The notes beneath the pieces were generated by a model that had not been told where the DNA came from, made no database searches, and worked only from the letters and a program-made list of their open reading frames with translations. Shown here in pieces: positions 51,037 through 59,583 of a stretch of DNA of 64,000 bases. Numbering within the stretch: the stretch's first letter is position 1; each line of letters opens with the position of its first letter. The position numbers and the translations under genes are program-made. The stretch is from an uncultured Marinoscillum sp. (GTDB lineage Bacteria > Bacteroidota > Bacteroidia > Cytophagales > MED-G16): the NCBI GenBank assembly GCA_902634135.1, contig CACPJB010000001.1, positions 100,106-164,105 on the forward strand, given 5' to 3'.

Positions 51037-51968
51037 AATGCAATTTTAATATTCGATTCTATATCATTCAACATATTTTCAGTATTTCTTTTATGAAATT
51101 TCTCTCCTATTATATTTTCATATAGTTCAATGTATCTATTTGATATAGAATTTATTTTTTCATCAGTAATATGAGGAATTTTTTGACCGTCTCTTCCTTG
51201 AAATCCTTTTTTGATTAGCCACTCTCTCACAAATTCTTTTGAAAGTTGTTTTTGCTTTTCTTTTTTTTCCTGAAGTTCTTTGTAAGTATCAGCATAGAAA
51301 TATCTTGAAGAATCCGGTGTATGTATTTCATCTATTAATACAATTTTTTCATTCAATTTGCCAAATTCATATTTTGTATCAACTAATAATAAATTTTTTG
51401 AATTAGCATAGTTGCTTCCTCTTTCATAAAGCATTCTTGTATAATCTTCAAGTTTTTCATATTCTTCTTTAATAACTATTCTTGAAGAAATTATATCCTC
51501 TTTAGATATATCTTGATCATGGCCAATTTTTGCTTTAGTTGTTGGAGTAATAATTGGTTCTGGAAATTTATCATGTTCATTCATTCCTTCAGGTATCTTA
51601 ACCCCACAAATTTCTCTTTTTCCTAACTTATATTCTCTCCACGCATGACCTGTAAGGTAACCTCTTATGACCATTTCAATAGGAAAAGTTTCACATTTTT
51701 TTCCAATTGTAACATTTGGATCTGGAATGGATTCTACCCAATTTGGCAATATATCTTCTGTCATTTTTAAAAATTTTTGAGCGATTTGATTCAATATTTG
51801 ACCTTTAAATGGAATTGGTTTTGGAAGAACTACATCAAATGCACTTAGTCTATCAGTAACAACCATCACGAGTTTATTATCAAAATGATATACATCTCTA
51901 ACCTTTCCCTTATATTTTTTAATTAGGTTATTAAATTTATAATCTGTATTAAATATGGCCTTCTCCAT
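51033..51968 (-). CDS. purC: Phosphoribosylaminoimidazole-succinocarboxamide synthase (long form)
   Basis: 311 aa with YKGKVRDVY, VVTDRLSAFD, and LVDTKYEFG...IVLIDEIHTPDSSRY. Confidence 0.9.
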   Translation of the reverse strand: MEKAIFNTDYKFNNLIKKYKGKVRDVYHFDNKLVMVVTDRLSAFDVVLPKPIPFKGQILNQIAQKFLKMTEDILPNWVESIPDPNVTIGKKCETFPIEMVIRGYLTGHAWREYKLGKREICGVKIPEGMNEHDKFPEPIITPTTKAKIGHDQDISKEDIISSRIVIKEEYEKLEDYTRMLYERGSNYANSKNLLLVDTKYEFGKLNEKIVLIDEIHTPDSSRYFYADTYKELQEKKEKQKQLSKEFVREWLIKKGFQGRDGQKIPHITDEKINSISNRYIELYENIIGEKFHKRNTENMLNDIESNIKIAL

Positions 51969-52711
51969 TACCAGTCTGGTTTATTCTTATTTGATTTCTT
52001 ATTTGATTTTCTTTTTAACTGTTGGATATATTGAAATTCATTATTATTTAAAGCATTTAAAATCATTTCTGCTTTTTTCTTACTCATGTTTATTTTTTTG
52101 AGTTTATCTTCTAGAGATTCCTCTGAATTTTTTTGATTTTGATCATTACTATTATTTTGTTCTTTATTCTCATTTTGATTTTTTTCATCTTCTTTACCTT
52201 TTTCGTCATTCTTTTTGTTTTCTGATGACTTATCTTTGTTTTTATCTTTTGAGTTCTGTTTTTGCGAGTTTTCTTCTTTATTCTCTTTTTGATTATCTAT
52301 TTTTTTTTTGACTAACTCGAAATTAAATTTTGAGTCATTATTAGTATTATCGGCAATAATTGATTCTTTATAAAAATTCAGTGCTTCTTCTAACTTATTT
52401 TTTTTTACATTGATGTTACCAAGCTGTTGTAGAGCTATTGATTTAATTTTCATATTATCTGTAAGAGATGCATAATTATAATTTTCTATAGCGTTTAAAG
52501 TATCTTTAGAAAGAAGATGAGAATGTGCTAAATTTAAATATAACTTTTCATTAGAATAATTAAATGAATCAATTAGAAGTCTGTAATTTATAATTGATTC
52601 ATTATAATTTTCTTTTCTAAAAGATTCTTCAGCTGATTTTGTCAAACTATTTATTTTATCAATTCTATTAGAAAGAATAATAGATAAAATAATCTTTATT
52701 AAAAGAATCAT
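51968..52711 (-). CDS. BatC-like TPR protein with K/E/N/Q-rich low-complexity region
   Basis: N-terminal TM, TPR-like repeats, a charged low-complexity segment (about 52080-52330), and C-terminus ...KNKPDW as in BatC proteins. ATGA overlap with the upstream VWA gene. Confidence 0.55.
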   Translation of the reverse strand: MILLIKIILSIILSNRIDKINSLTKSAEESFRKENYNESIINYRLLIDSFNYSNEKLYLNLAHSHLLSKDTLNAIENYNYASLTDNMKIKSIALQQLGNINVKKNKLEEALNFYKESIIADNTNNDSKFNFELVKKKIDNQKENKEENSQKQNSKDKNKDKSSENKKNDEKGKEDEKNQNENKEQNNSNDQNQKNSEESLEDKLKKINMSKKKAEMILNALNNNEFQYIQQLKRKSNKKSNKNKPDW

Positions 52712-53685
52712 ATTTTTATAGTTTTTAGATTTATTGAAAAATCAATGATCATCAAAATTAATGCAGTAAATAAAAAATAAAAATATTTATTTTCGGTAAC
52801 ATCAATAATTTTTGATTCAATTACATCACCTGTAATATTATTTATTTCATCAATAAGTTCATCTGTTTGATTATTATTATTTGTTATCTCAAAGTATTCC
52901 CCCCCTGTTTTATTTGCTGTTTCTTTTAAAGAGACTGGATTAAGTTTAGTTATTACTTCTTTACCTTCATTATCTTTTTTATAATTCCCATTTTTTAATA
53001 AAATTTTACTTCCTTTTTCACTGCCGATACCAATGGTAAATAGCTTGTAATTAGATTCAATAATTTTATTTAAAGACTCTTCAGTATTATCACCAAAGTC
53101 CTCTCCGTCAGATATTAATATTATAACTTTAGAATTAATCTCTTTATTATTAGAATTTTCATCTTCTAACTTTGATAAGCTTAATTCTAGAGGTGGTCCA
53201 AAGTCTGTTCCCGTATTAGGGACTAAGCCGGTATTTAATGTTTCAGTAAATAAATTGAGTGCATTTTTATCATATGTCATAGGACATTGGACAAATGCTT
53301 CACCAGAAAACATAATGATACCTATTCTATCAGTTGAAAATTCATTAATAATTTTTTTCATTTCAAATTTTACTTTTTCTAATCTACTTGGCTTTATATC
53401 ATCTGCATTCATTGACTCAGATAAATCAACCAAAATCATTATATCTTTCCCTATGATGTTAATTTCTTCTTTATTTTCACCAAAAGATGGACCTAGTAAT
53501 GAAAAAATCAATAGGCTAAAGTATGTTGACCTTAAAATAATTTTATAAAAGACATTGCTTTTACTGACTTTAATTTTTTTATTGATTCTGTATAATCTAA
53601 TTAAATAGATACAATAGAAAATTACAAAGCATAAAATTATGATTGCTTCTAATGATCCAAAGGGTTTTAAAAAATTCATATGCAA
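52708..53685 (-). CDS. VWA domain membrane protein (BatA/BatB-like)
   Basis: N- and C-terminal TM segments and a VWA MIDAS motif, ILVDLSESM...; 325 aa. Confidence 0.75.
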   Translation of the reverse strand: MHMNFLKPFGSLEAIIILCFVIFYCIYLIRLYRINKKIKVSKSNVFYKIILRSTYFSLLIFSLLGPSFGENKEEINIIGKDIMILVDLSESMNADDIKPSRLEKVKFEMKKIINEFSTDRIGIIMFSGEAFVQCPMTYDKNALNLFTETLNTGLVPNTGTDFGPPLELSLSKLEDENSNNKEINSKVIILISDGEDFGDNTEESLNKIIESNYKLFTIGIGSEKGSKILLKNGNYKKDNEGKEVITKLNPVSLKETANKTGGEYFEITNNNNQTDELIDEINNITGDVIESKIIDVTENKYFYFLFTALILMIIDFSINLKTIKI

Positions 53686-53788
53686 AGCTAATTATTAGAT
53701 TTTTTTTTAGACCAAATATGAGATCGATTTAACCCTTTTTCACAAATAGAAAAAGTTGAAAATATATATATCAAAAAAATGATGTAAC

Positions 53789-53796
53789 TATATTTG
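53789..53796 (+). promoter_or_regulatory. Candidate -7 promoter box (TATATTTG) for tRNA-Ser
   Basis: Exact TAnnTTTG match ending 11 nt before the mature tRNA 5' end. Confidence 0.45.
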
Positions 53797-53807
53797 CCAT
53801 TCAAATA

Positions 53808-53897
<90 letters not shown>

Positions 53898-53899
53898 AT

Positions 53900-54403
53900 T
53901 TACAATACAATTGCACTATTGTAATCAGTGTCACATTTCACTTCAAATTGAGATAATTCTACTAGGAAAAGTGAATAAACTGGTGTGTATCCACCTAAAT
54001 TTAATACTTTAAAAGCTCCATTTGCTGTACCTCCCGTTGCAAGCACATCATCAAAAATTAAAACTTTACCTTCTCCTTCTTGTACCTGCATTATCGCCTC
54101 ACCATATTCGAGTTTGTGTCTAACTGTCTGTATTTTCCCTGGTAACCTGTCCTTTTTACTTCTACAGAGTATAATCCCTTTTTTAAGTTTATCAGCTATA
54201 ATGGACCCTATAAGAAAACCTCTAGACTCTATAAGAGCTAAGTAATCAAAATCTAAGTCATTTATTAGTTCAATACACTTATCTACAAGTATATCTCTAG
54301 CCTTTGAGTCCTTATATATAGGATTTAAGTCAATATATTCAACACCGTCAATTGGAAAGTCTTGATAAAACTCAATTTTATTTTTTACGTAATCTAAACT
54401 CAT
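53900..54403 (-). CDS. apt: Adenine phosphoribosyltransferase
   Basis: 167 aa with PRPP motif VLIFDDVLATGGTA and FPIDGVEYIDLNPI. Confidence 0.9.
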   Translation of the reverse strand: MSLDYVKNKIEFYQDFPIDGVEYIDLNPIYKDSKARDILVDKCIELINDLDFDYLALIESRGFLIGSIIADKLKKGIILCRSKKDRLPGKIQTVRHKLEYGEAIMQVQEGEGKVLIFDDVLATGGTANGAFKVLNLGGYTPVYSLFLVELSQFEVKCDTDYNSAIVL

Positions 54404-54460
54404 AATTTTCTTTAAATTTGCACAATCTAAACAAAAAGATAAACATATATTTTTTCCTCT

Positions 54461-55384
54461 ATGATTAAAATTTTTTTTATTATTATAATTTCTAGTTTTA
54501 TATTCATTTCATGTTCTGATGATAATGAAGAAATATCTGGTGATACAGGTTTATTTTATCAGTCTACCTTTTTTGATGAACTATCAAGAGACTATATTTT
54601 GTTTGTTCCTGATTCTTATGATGAAAATGAAAATACACCCATAGTATTTAATCTTCATGGAGGTAGTAGTACTGCTGAGGAGCAATTAAATTATATAAGT
54701 GATATGAGAAGCCTTTCAGATAATGAAAAATTTATTTTAGTTTATCCTCAGGCATCAAGTGATGCGAATGGAATTCCAATTTGGAATTTAGGTGGTGTTA
54801 ATTCTAAGGCTACTGATGTAGATGACGTAGGATATATATCACATCTTATAGATAGAATTTCTGAATTCTACTCCGTAGATAGAGATAGAGTTTATGTTAC
54901 TGGGTTTTCAAATGGAGGATATCTTTCATTTGAGTTGGCTTGTAAGCTGAGCTCAAAAATTGCTGCTTTTGCTTCAGTAGCAGGACACATGTTTATAGAT
55001 ACTTATAATGAGTGTTCACCAACTCATCCAACACCATTTTTATCTATCAACGGAACTGAGGATAATTATGATGGTATTTCAGAATATTATTTATCTGTTG
55101 ACAGCTCAAATAATTATTGGATTGAGTATAACAATACAGATCTTAATGCTAATATTGTTGACCTCGAAGATGTAAATACATCAGACGGTTCAACAGTTCA
55201 ATACCATTCTTGGAAAAATGGATCTAATGGTGTTGAAATAGATCATTATAAGGTAATTGGAGGTGAACACTCATGGCCATCACTAAATAGCAATTTAGAC
55301 AAAGAGAAGTCAAACGGGGACATAGATTCGGATAGAATAATATGGGAGTTTTTCTCAAGATTCGATATCAATGGTTTGAGGTAA
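54461..55384 (+). CDS. Alpha/beta-hydrolase esterase lipoprotein (PHB-depolymerase/CE1-like family)
   Basis: Lipobox FIFISC, oxyanion-region FNLHGG, nucleophile elbow GFSNGG, and C-terminal GGEHSWP. Confidence 0.7.
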   Translation: MIKIFFIIIISSFIFISCSDDNEEISGDTGLFYQSTFFDELSRDYILFVPDSYDENENTPIVFNLHGGSSTAEEQLNYISDMRSLSDNEKFILVYPQASSDANGIPIWNLGGVNSKATDVDDVGYISHLIDRISEFYSVDRDRVYVTGFSNGGYLSFELACKLSSKIAAFASVAGHMFIDTYNECSPTHPTPFLSINGTEDNYDGISEYYLSVDSSNNYWIEYNNTDLNANIVDLEDVNTSDGSTVQYHSWKNGSNGVEIDHYKVIGGEHSWPSLNSNLDKEKSNGDIDSDRIIWEFFSRFDINGLR

Positions 55385-55400
55385 TTTTTAATATCTCATA

Positions 55401-56303
55401 ATGCTTAAAATATCATTTGATCAAAAATATATTTATCCACTTGATGAAAATCATAGATTTCCTATGGTTAAATATGAACTTTTACCCGAACAGTTAATTA
55501 GAGAAAATACATGTTCTCAAGAAAATTTTTTTTCTCCTAATCAGATTTTAGATAATGATGTACTATTAACTCATGATCCTGAGTATTATAGAAAATTAGT
55601 TTCTCAGAAACTTTCAAAGAGTGAACTAAGACCTATTGGATTTCCAATGAGTAAAAAGCTTGTTGAAAGAGAAAAGATAATTTCTCAAGGTACTATTGAT
55701 GCTTCTTTGTACTCATTAAAACATAAAGTTTCAATGAATATAGCTGGAGGAACTCATCATGCATTTTATGATAGAGGGGAGGCTTTTTGTATGTTAAATG
55801 ATCAAGCAATTGCTGCTAATTATCTTTTAAATAATAAATTATGTCAAAAAATATTAATTGTTGATCTTGATGTTCACCAGGGTAATGGTACGGCATCTAT
55901 TTTCTCCAATTGTAAAAATGTATTTACTTTATCTTTCCATGGTAAAAATAATTATCCATTTAAAAAAGAAGTTAGTGATTTAGATGTAGAGTTTCAGAAT
56001 GGTGCAGATGATAAATTTTATCTAGAATGTTTAAAAAAAAAATTACCTAAAATTATCGATGATTTTCAGCCTGATTTTATATTCTACTTATCAGGAGTTG
56101 ATATAATGGAAAATGATAAGTTAGGTAAATTGGCTTTAACTCTTGAAGGCTGCAAAGAGAGGGACAGATATGTTCTTAATCTATGTAAATTAAATAATAT
56201 ACCCGTTCAAATTAGTATGGGTGGAGGATATTCTTTAGAATTAAAAAATATAATTGAGGCTCATGCTAATACATTTAGACTTGCTCAAGAAATTTATTTT
56301 TGA
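55401..56303 (+). CDS. Histone deacetylase family protein (class II HDAC/acetoin-utilisation-like deacetylase)
   Basis: Motifs AGGTHHAF, DLDVHQGNG and SGVD...D.LG; 300 aa. Confidence 0.85.
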   Translation: MLKISFDQKYIYPLDENHRFPMVKYELLPEQLIRENTCSQENFFSPNQILDNDVLLTHDPEYYRKLVSQKLSKSELRPIGFPMSKKLVEREKIISQGTIDASLYSLKHKVSMNIAGGTHHAFYDRGEAFCMLNDQAIAANYLLNNKLCQKILIVDLDVHQGNGTASIFSNCKNVFTLSFHGKNNYPFKKEVSDLDVEFQNGADDKFYLECLKKKLPKIIDDFQPDFIFYLSGVDIMENDKLGKLALTLEGCKERDRYVLNLCKLNNIPVQISMGGGYSLELKNIIEAHANTFRLAQEIYF

Positions 56304-56385
56304 AGCGATTTCAATATTAATTGTTATTTTTTTATATGAGTTTAAAGAGTAAAATTAATTTTTTATTTAATACATTGTGTTACTT

Positions 56386-56589
56386 ATGAATAATAAACAA
56401 AAAGTTACCTTACTTTTAGTTTGTGACACAAGCTTATTTGTGGTCCTATTATACCTCTTATTTCAGGCGATGTGGGTTGAGGCATTGATCCCTTTTTTAT
56501 TATCTCCTGCAATTAATTTTTGGTATTTTGATTCGTTTAAAGAATATCTCGATACATATGAAGAGTACTTTTCAAGAAAAAAAAAATAA
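56386..56589 (+). CDS. Small hypothetical membrane protein (67 aa from the ATG; ORF track uses GTG at 56377)
   Basis: Two hydrophobic segments and a basic KKK tail. I recognise no family. Confidence 0.3.
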   Translation: MNNKQKVTLLLVCDTSLFVVLLYLLFQAMWVEALIPFLLSPAINFWYFDSFKEYLDTYEEYFSRKKK

Positions 56590-56630
56590 ATTAATTTTAT
56601 CGAAACAATTAAACTTTTAAATCATTAGTT

Positions 56631-57095
56631 ATGAAAAATATTTTCCTTTTCACTTTCTTTATTTTTTCTTGCAATTCATTTAATCAAACTCAGATTACTG
56701 AACAAGAAGTAAAAGATAAATTCTATGAGTTTTTTGAAGTTCTATCTGTTAATAATCCTGATAAAAATAAACTTTATGAATTGGTGACAGATGATTACTT
56801 CATTTTTGAAAATCAGAAAAAATACTCCATGGAAGAATTTATTCAATTTGTAAGCACCTTTAAAACTATAGAGGATGAATGGCAATTATCTGAATTTGAA
56901 ATTGATATTGACCAAAATTCTGCTCATGTATCACTAAGAAATGTTGGAAAATTTTTAGTTGAAACTGATTCTGGAAATGTAATTATGGATTTTGATTGGT
57001 TAGAAAGTGCTTATTTAGTACGAGAAGATGGTGAATTAAAATTTGATTTTTACTTTTCAGATGCTATTAAACAATCTATTACAAAAGTGGAATAA
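56631..57095 (+). CDS. NTF2-like (SnoaL/DUF4440-like) lipoprotein
   Basis: Lipobox FIFSC. The length and spacing (F..F...........L..L..DD....) resemble SnoaL/DUF4440 folds. Weak, pattern-level only. Confidence 0.4.
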   Translation: MKNIFLFTFFIFSCNSFNQTQITEQEVKDKFYEFFEVLSVNNPDKNKLYELVTDDYFIFENQKKYSMEEFIQFVSTFKTIEDEWQLSEFEIDIDQNSAHVSLRNVGKFLVETDSGNVIMDFDWLESAYLVREDGELKFDFYFSDAIKQSITKVE

Positions 57096-57113
57096 TTACA
57101 TAAAACATTAACT

Positions 57114-57581
57114 ATGAAAAACAAATTACTTATCACTTTAACTTTATCCATCTTTTTATCTTGCGATCCAGTAAGTAAATCTTCTAGTTTTAATAATCCA
57201 TTTGTTGAAAATGAAATTATTTATGTTGTTACTATGCAGTCGAATGACAAAACATCTGAAGAGATAGCTGAATTTTCTAGACTATATACAGCTTTAGTTG
57301 AATATAACGAGCCGGAAACTTACGGTTGGGGTTTTTTCCAAAAAGGAGAAAGCATAATGCTGATAGAAAGATATAAAAATGAGAATGCTGTAATAAATCA
57401 TATAAACAATATATCTCCAGGTGGGCTTTTAGAGAAGCAGTTTGGACAATTTATAAATCATTTTGAAATTGTAGAAATTAATATCTATGGTAACATTTCA
57501 GATGAATTAAAAACTATCATTGATGGTTTTAATTTCCCAACTTCTTACAATTCTACTATAGCTAAATATAGTAGAGATTAA
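57114..57581 (+). CDS. ABM (antibiotic biosynthesis monooxygenase-like, ferredoxin-fold) domain lipoprotein
   Basis: Lipobox IFLSC. The segment IIYVVTMQ...EFSRLYTALVEYNEPETYGWGFF..GESIMLIERYKNENAVINH parallels the YgiN/ABM pattern (...EPG...Y......IVMIEQW.S..A...H). Confidence 0.45.
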   Translation: MKNKLLITLTLSIFLSCDPVSKSSSFNNPFVENEIIYVVTMQSNDKTSEEIAEFSRLYTALVEYNEPETYGWGFFQKGESIMLIERYKNENAVINHINNISPGGLLEKQFGQFINHFEIVEINIYGNISDELKTIIDGFNFPTSYNSTIAKYSRD

Positions 57582-57601
57582 GTATCCTAAACTATTTTAA
57601 A

Positions 57602-58804
57602 TTGATTTTAAATAAATTACACTTTTTATTTTTTTTCATTATTTCAAATTCGCTTCTTTCACAGAATTTCAATAAAAATAATTCCTTAAAAAGTTATTCA
57701 AAATCTACTATTTTAACTTCTCAAGTTAGATCAGAAGGTAATAAAGCTATTCTTCGAGGAACAGAAGCTAGTAATAATAGAAAATTTGTGTTAGAAAACT
57801 ATTCTGGAATTCAAATGTCAGTTTATCCTGCATGGGACTTTGGATTTTGGCCAAAGTCCAAACCAAAAAGAATTAAAGATTTTAATTATAATCCTGACGG
57901 ATTAAATGAGTTAGTAAACTGGGGTGTAAAAAATAACATGTATTTAATTCATCACTGTTTATTCTTTCCAAATAAATATTACCCTCAGTGGTTTTGGGAT
58001 TCAGATTATACTAAAGAGGATTTAAATTTTATTTTAGAAAAATTTATAGAGTCAGTACTTACATCAAATGAGAATAATAAAAAGATTGATGCATTCAATT
58101 TGATTAATGAAATTTTTGTGATGAATAAAGGTTATTACAGAAGCTCTGGGAATGGATCTGAAGATGTAAAGTGGATGGATATGGGTTATGAAACTGATAA
58201 TTCAGGCCTAGAAGGAGAGCAAAAAATAAATGAAAAGCATCCGAGATTCGTTAGGTATGTACTAGATAAAGCTAGATCATTAACAAATTCTAAACTCGAA
58301 ATTAGAGATTTTAATATTGCTTTTGGAGGACATAAATCAGATGGCTTATATCAACTTATAAAACACCTTAGAAACTCAAAGGTTCCTATTGACGCTATAG
58401 GATTTCAATGTCACCTTAACTATAATGTAAAATATAATTATAAAGATTTATTTGAGAATATTAAGAGGTTTCAGGAATTGGGTGTTGAAGTCTTTATAAC
58501 AGAATTAGATGTTGGAATGAATTTATGGGGAGGAAATGGAAAGCCTCGTAAAAAAGTAAGTGATGTGATGAAATCTAAATCTGATTGGGATGATTATTTT
58601 TATAAACAAAATGATATTTATTATAATGTTATTAAAACTGCTAGAGAAGCGGGGGTTACTTTAATTAGTGATTGGGGCTTTAGAGATGATGTTCCTTATG
58701 GTAATTGGAGAAAAGATCAAAAAGCGTGGCTGGTCAATAAAGACTATTCAAAAAAAGAAGCATTCTACTCAGTTTTAAAGGCTTTGTATGAAACCCAAAA
58801 ATAA
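57602..58804 (+). CDS. Divergent GH10-like glycoside hydrolase (candidate xylanase family)
   Basis: TTG start and a signal peptide ending LLS/Q. It has a candidate acid/base in FNLINEIF and a nucleophile in VFITELDV (GH10 ITELD signature). The rest is too divergent to judge by eye. Confidence 0.5.
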   Translation: MILNKLHFLFFFIISNSLLSQNFNKNNSLKSYSKSTILTSQVRSEGNKAILRGTEASNNRKFVLENYSGIQMSVYPAWDFGFWPKSKPKRIKDFNYNPDGLNELVNWGVKNNMYLIHHCLFFPNKYYPQWFWDSDYTKEDLNFILEKFIESVLTSNENNKKIDAFNLINEIFVMNKGYYRSSGNGSEDVKWMDMGYETDNSGLEGEQKINEKHPRFVRYVLDKARSLTNSKLEIRDFNIAFGGHKSDGLYQLIKHLRNSKVPIDAIGFQCHLNYNVKYNYKDLFENIKRFQELGVEVFITELDVGMNLWGGNGKPRKKVSDVMKSKSDWDDYFYKQNDIYYNVIKTAREAGVTLISDWGFRDDVPYGNWRKDQKAWLVNKDYSKKEAFYSVLKALYETQK

Positions 58805-58805
58805 T

Positions 58806-59021
58806 TTATTTAGGTAACTTAAATAAGTCCTCAACCTTACACTTTAGTGTTTTTGAAATTTTCAATGCAAGTACTGTAGATGGTACATAAATTCCATTCT
58901 CAATTGCGTTGATGCTTTTTCTTGAAACTCCAGCACTCTCAGATAAATCTTGCTGAGTCAGACCAGCAGATTTTCTAAGTTCTTCAAGATTATTAAGAAG
59001 ATTTTTGTGGTCTCTACCCAA
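58806..59021 (-). CDS. XRE family helix-turn-helix transcriptional regulator (71 aa)
   Basis: HTH_XRE pattern LRKSAGLTQQDLSESAGVSRKSINAIENG. It lies 2 nt downstream of the membrane-protein gene. Confidence 0.85.
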   Translation of the reverse strand: MGRDHKNLLNNLEELRKSAGLTQQDLSESAGVSRKSINAIENGIYVPSTVLALKISKTLKCKVEDLFKLPK

Positions 59022-59023
59022 AA

Positions 59024-59455
59024 TTATTTCTTTTCAAAGCTTTCAACAGCATTGTTTATTTCATCGGCTTGATTTGGATATACATATCCTGCTATCATTT
59101 GTCCAACTCCTATAAACATAACAAGTAAACCTACACCAAATACTATATCTGTTCTAAGACCATAATAATCAAAAGCAGCAAGACCAACTCCAGTGAAAAT
59201 TGTTACTAGACCTGTTTTTCTATAGTCAGTATTTGATTTTTTTCCTTGTCTAAAAGAATTTAAAAGATCTTTTACCTCATCTGAATCTTTTATATTTTTA
59301 GATACTTCGATAAGAGCATTATATTTATTTTTTTTATTTTTTGACTCATAAAAAAATACTATAAATATTATTAATACTGGTAATAGGATACCAAATATTG
59401 GAATTAATAAACTTAAATTTACTAGGTGTTGTGAATGTAATAGAATGGTTAACAT
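59024..59455 (-). CDS. Hypothetical membrane protein (143 aa), co-operonic with the XRE regulator
   Basis: An N-terminal TM (LSLLIPIFGILLPVLIIFIVFFY), a charged loop, then two more TMs (GLVTIFTGVGLAAF, VFGVGLLVMFIGVGQMIAG). I recognise no family. Confidence 0.55.
   Translation of the reverse strand: MLTILLHSQHLVNLSLLIPIFGILLPVLIIFIVFFYESKNKKNKYNALIEVSKNIKDSDEVKDLLNSFRQGKKSNTDYRKTGLVTIFTGVGLAAFDYYGLRTDIVFGVGLLVMFIGVGQMIAGYVYPNQADEINNAVESFEKK
59429..59440 (+). repeat. 12-mer TTGTGAATGTAA, copy 1 (inside the 5' end of the membrane-protein CDS)
   Basis: Exact copy of the 12-mer also found at 59589-59600, and 11/12 identical to 59604-59615. Confidence 0.6.
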
Positions 59456-59478
59456 ATTTTTTATATTTAATTTTTTTA

Positions 59479-59527
59479 AATGTAACGCAAACTTATCATA
59501 ATTTAAATGAGAAGCAAAGGTTACATT
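59479..59527 (-). promoter_or_regulatory. Bacteroidetes-type promoter (TTG-N19-TAAGTTTG) bracketed by inverted repeat AATGTAAC / GTTACATT: candidate operator of the membrane-protein/XRE operon
   Basis: On the minus strand: -33 TTG at 59517-59515, a 19-nt spacer, and -7 TAAGTTTG at 59495-59488. The 8-bp inverted-repeat arms at 59479-59486 and 59520-59527 flank both boxes. The operon ATG is at 59455. Confidence 0.45.
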
Positions 59528-59583
59528 GTTTTTTTTAAAAAATACTGAATTTGTATATAAATATTTTTTTTTACCTTTAGTAT

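Noticed and set aside
52080-52330. Repetitive A/G-rich (K/E/N/Q-coding) stretch that could look like a tandem repeat array.
   Set aside because: It is low-complexity coding sequence inside the BatC-like ORF with no regular repeat unit or spacer structure. It is not CRISPR-like.
59507-59548. Tiny ORF MRSKGYIVFFKKY in the promoter region.
   Set aside because: It is only 13 codons and lies across the inverted repeat and promoter elements of the divergent operon. It has no distinguishing composition.
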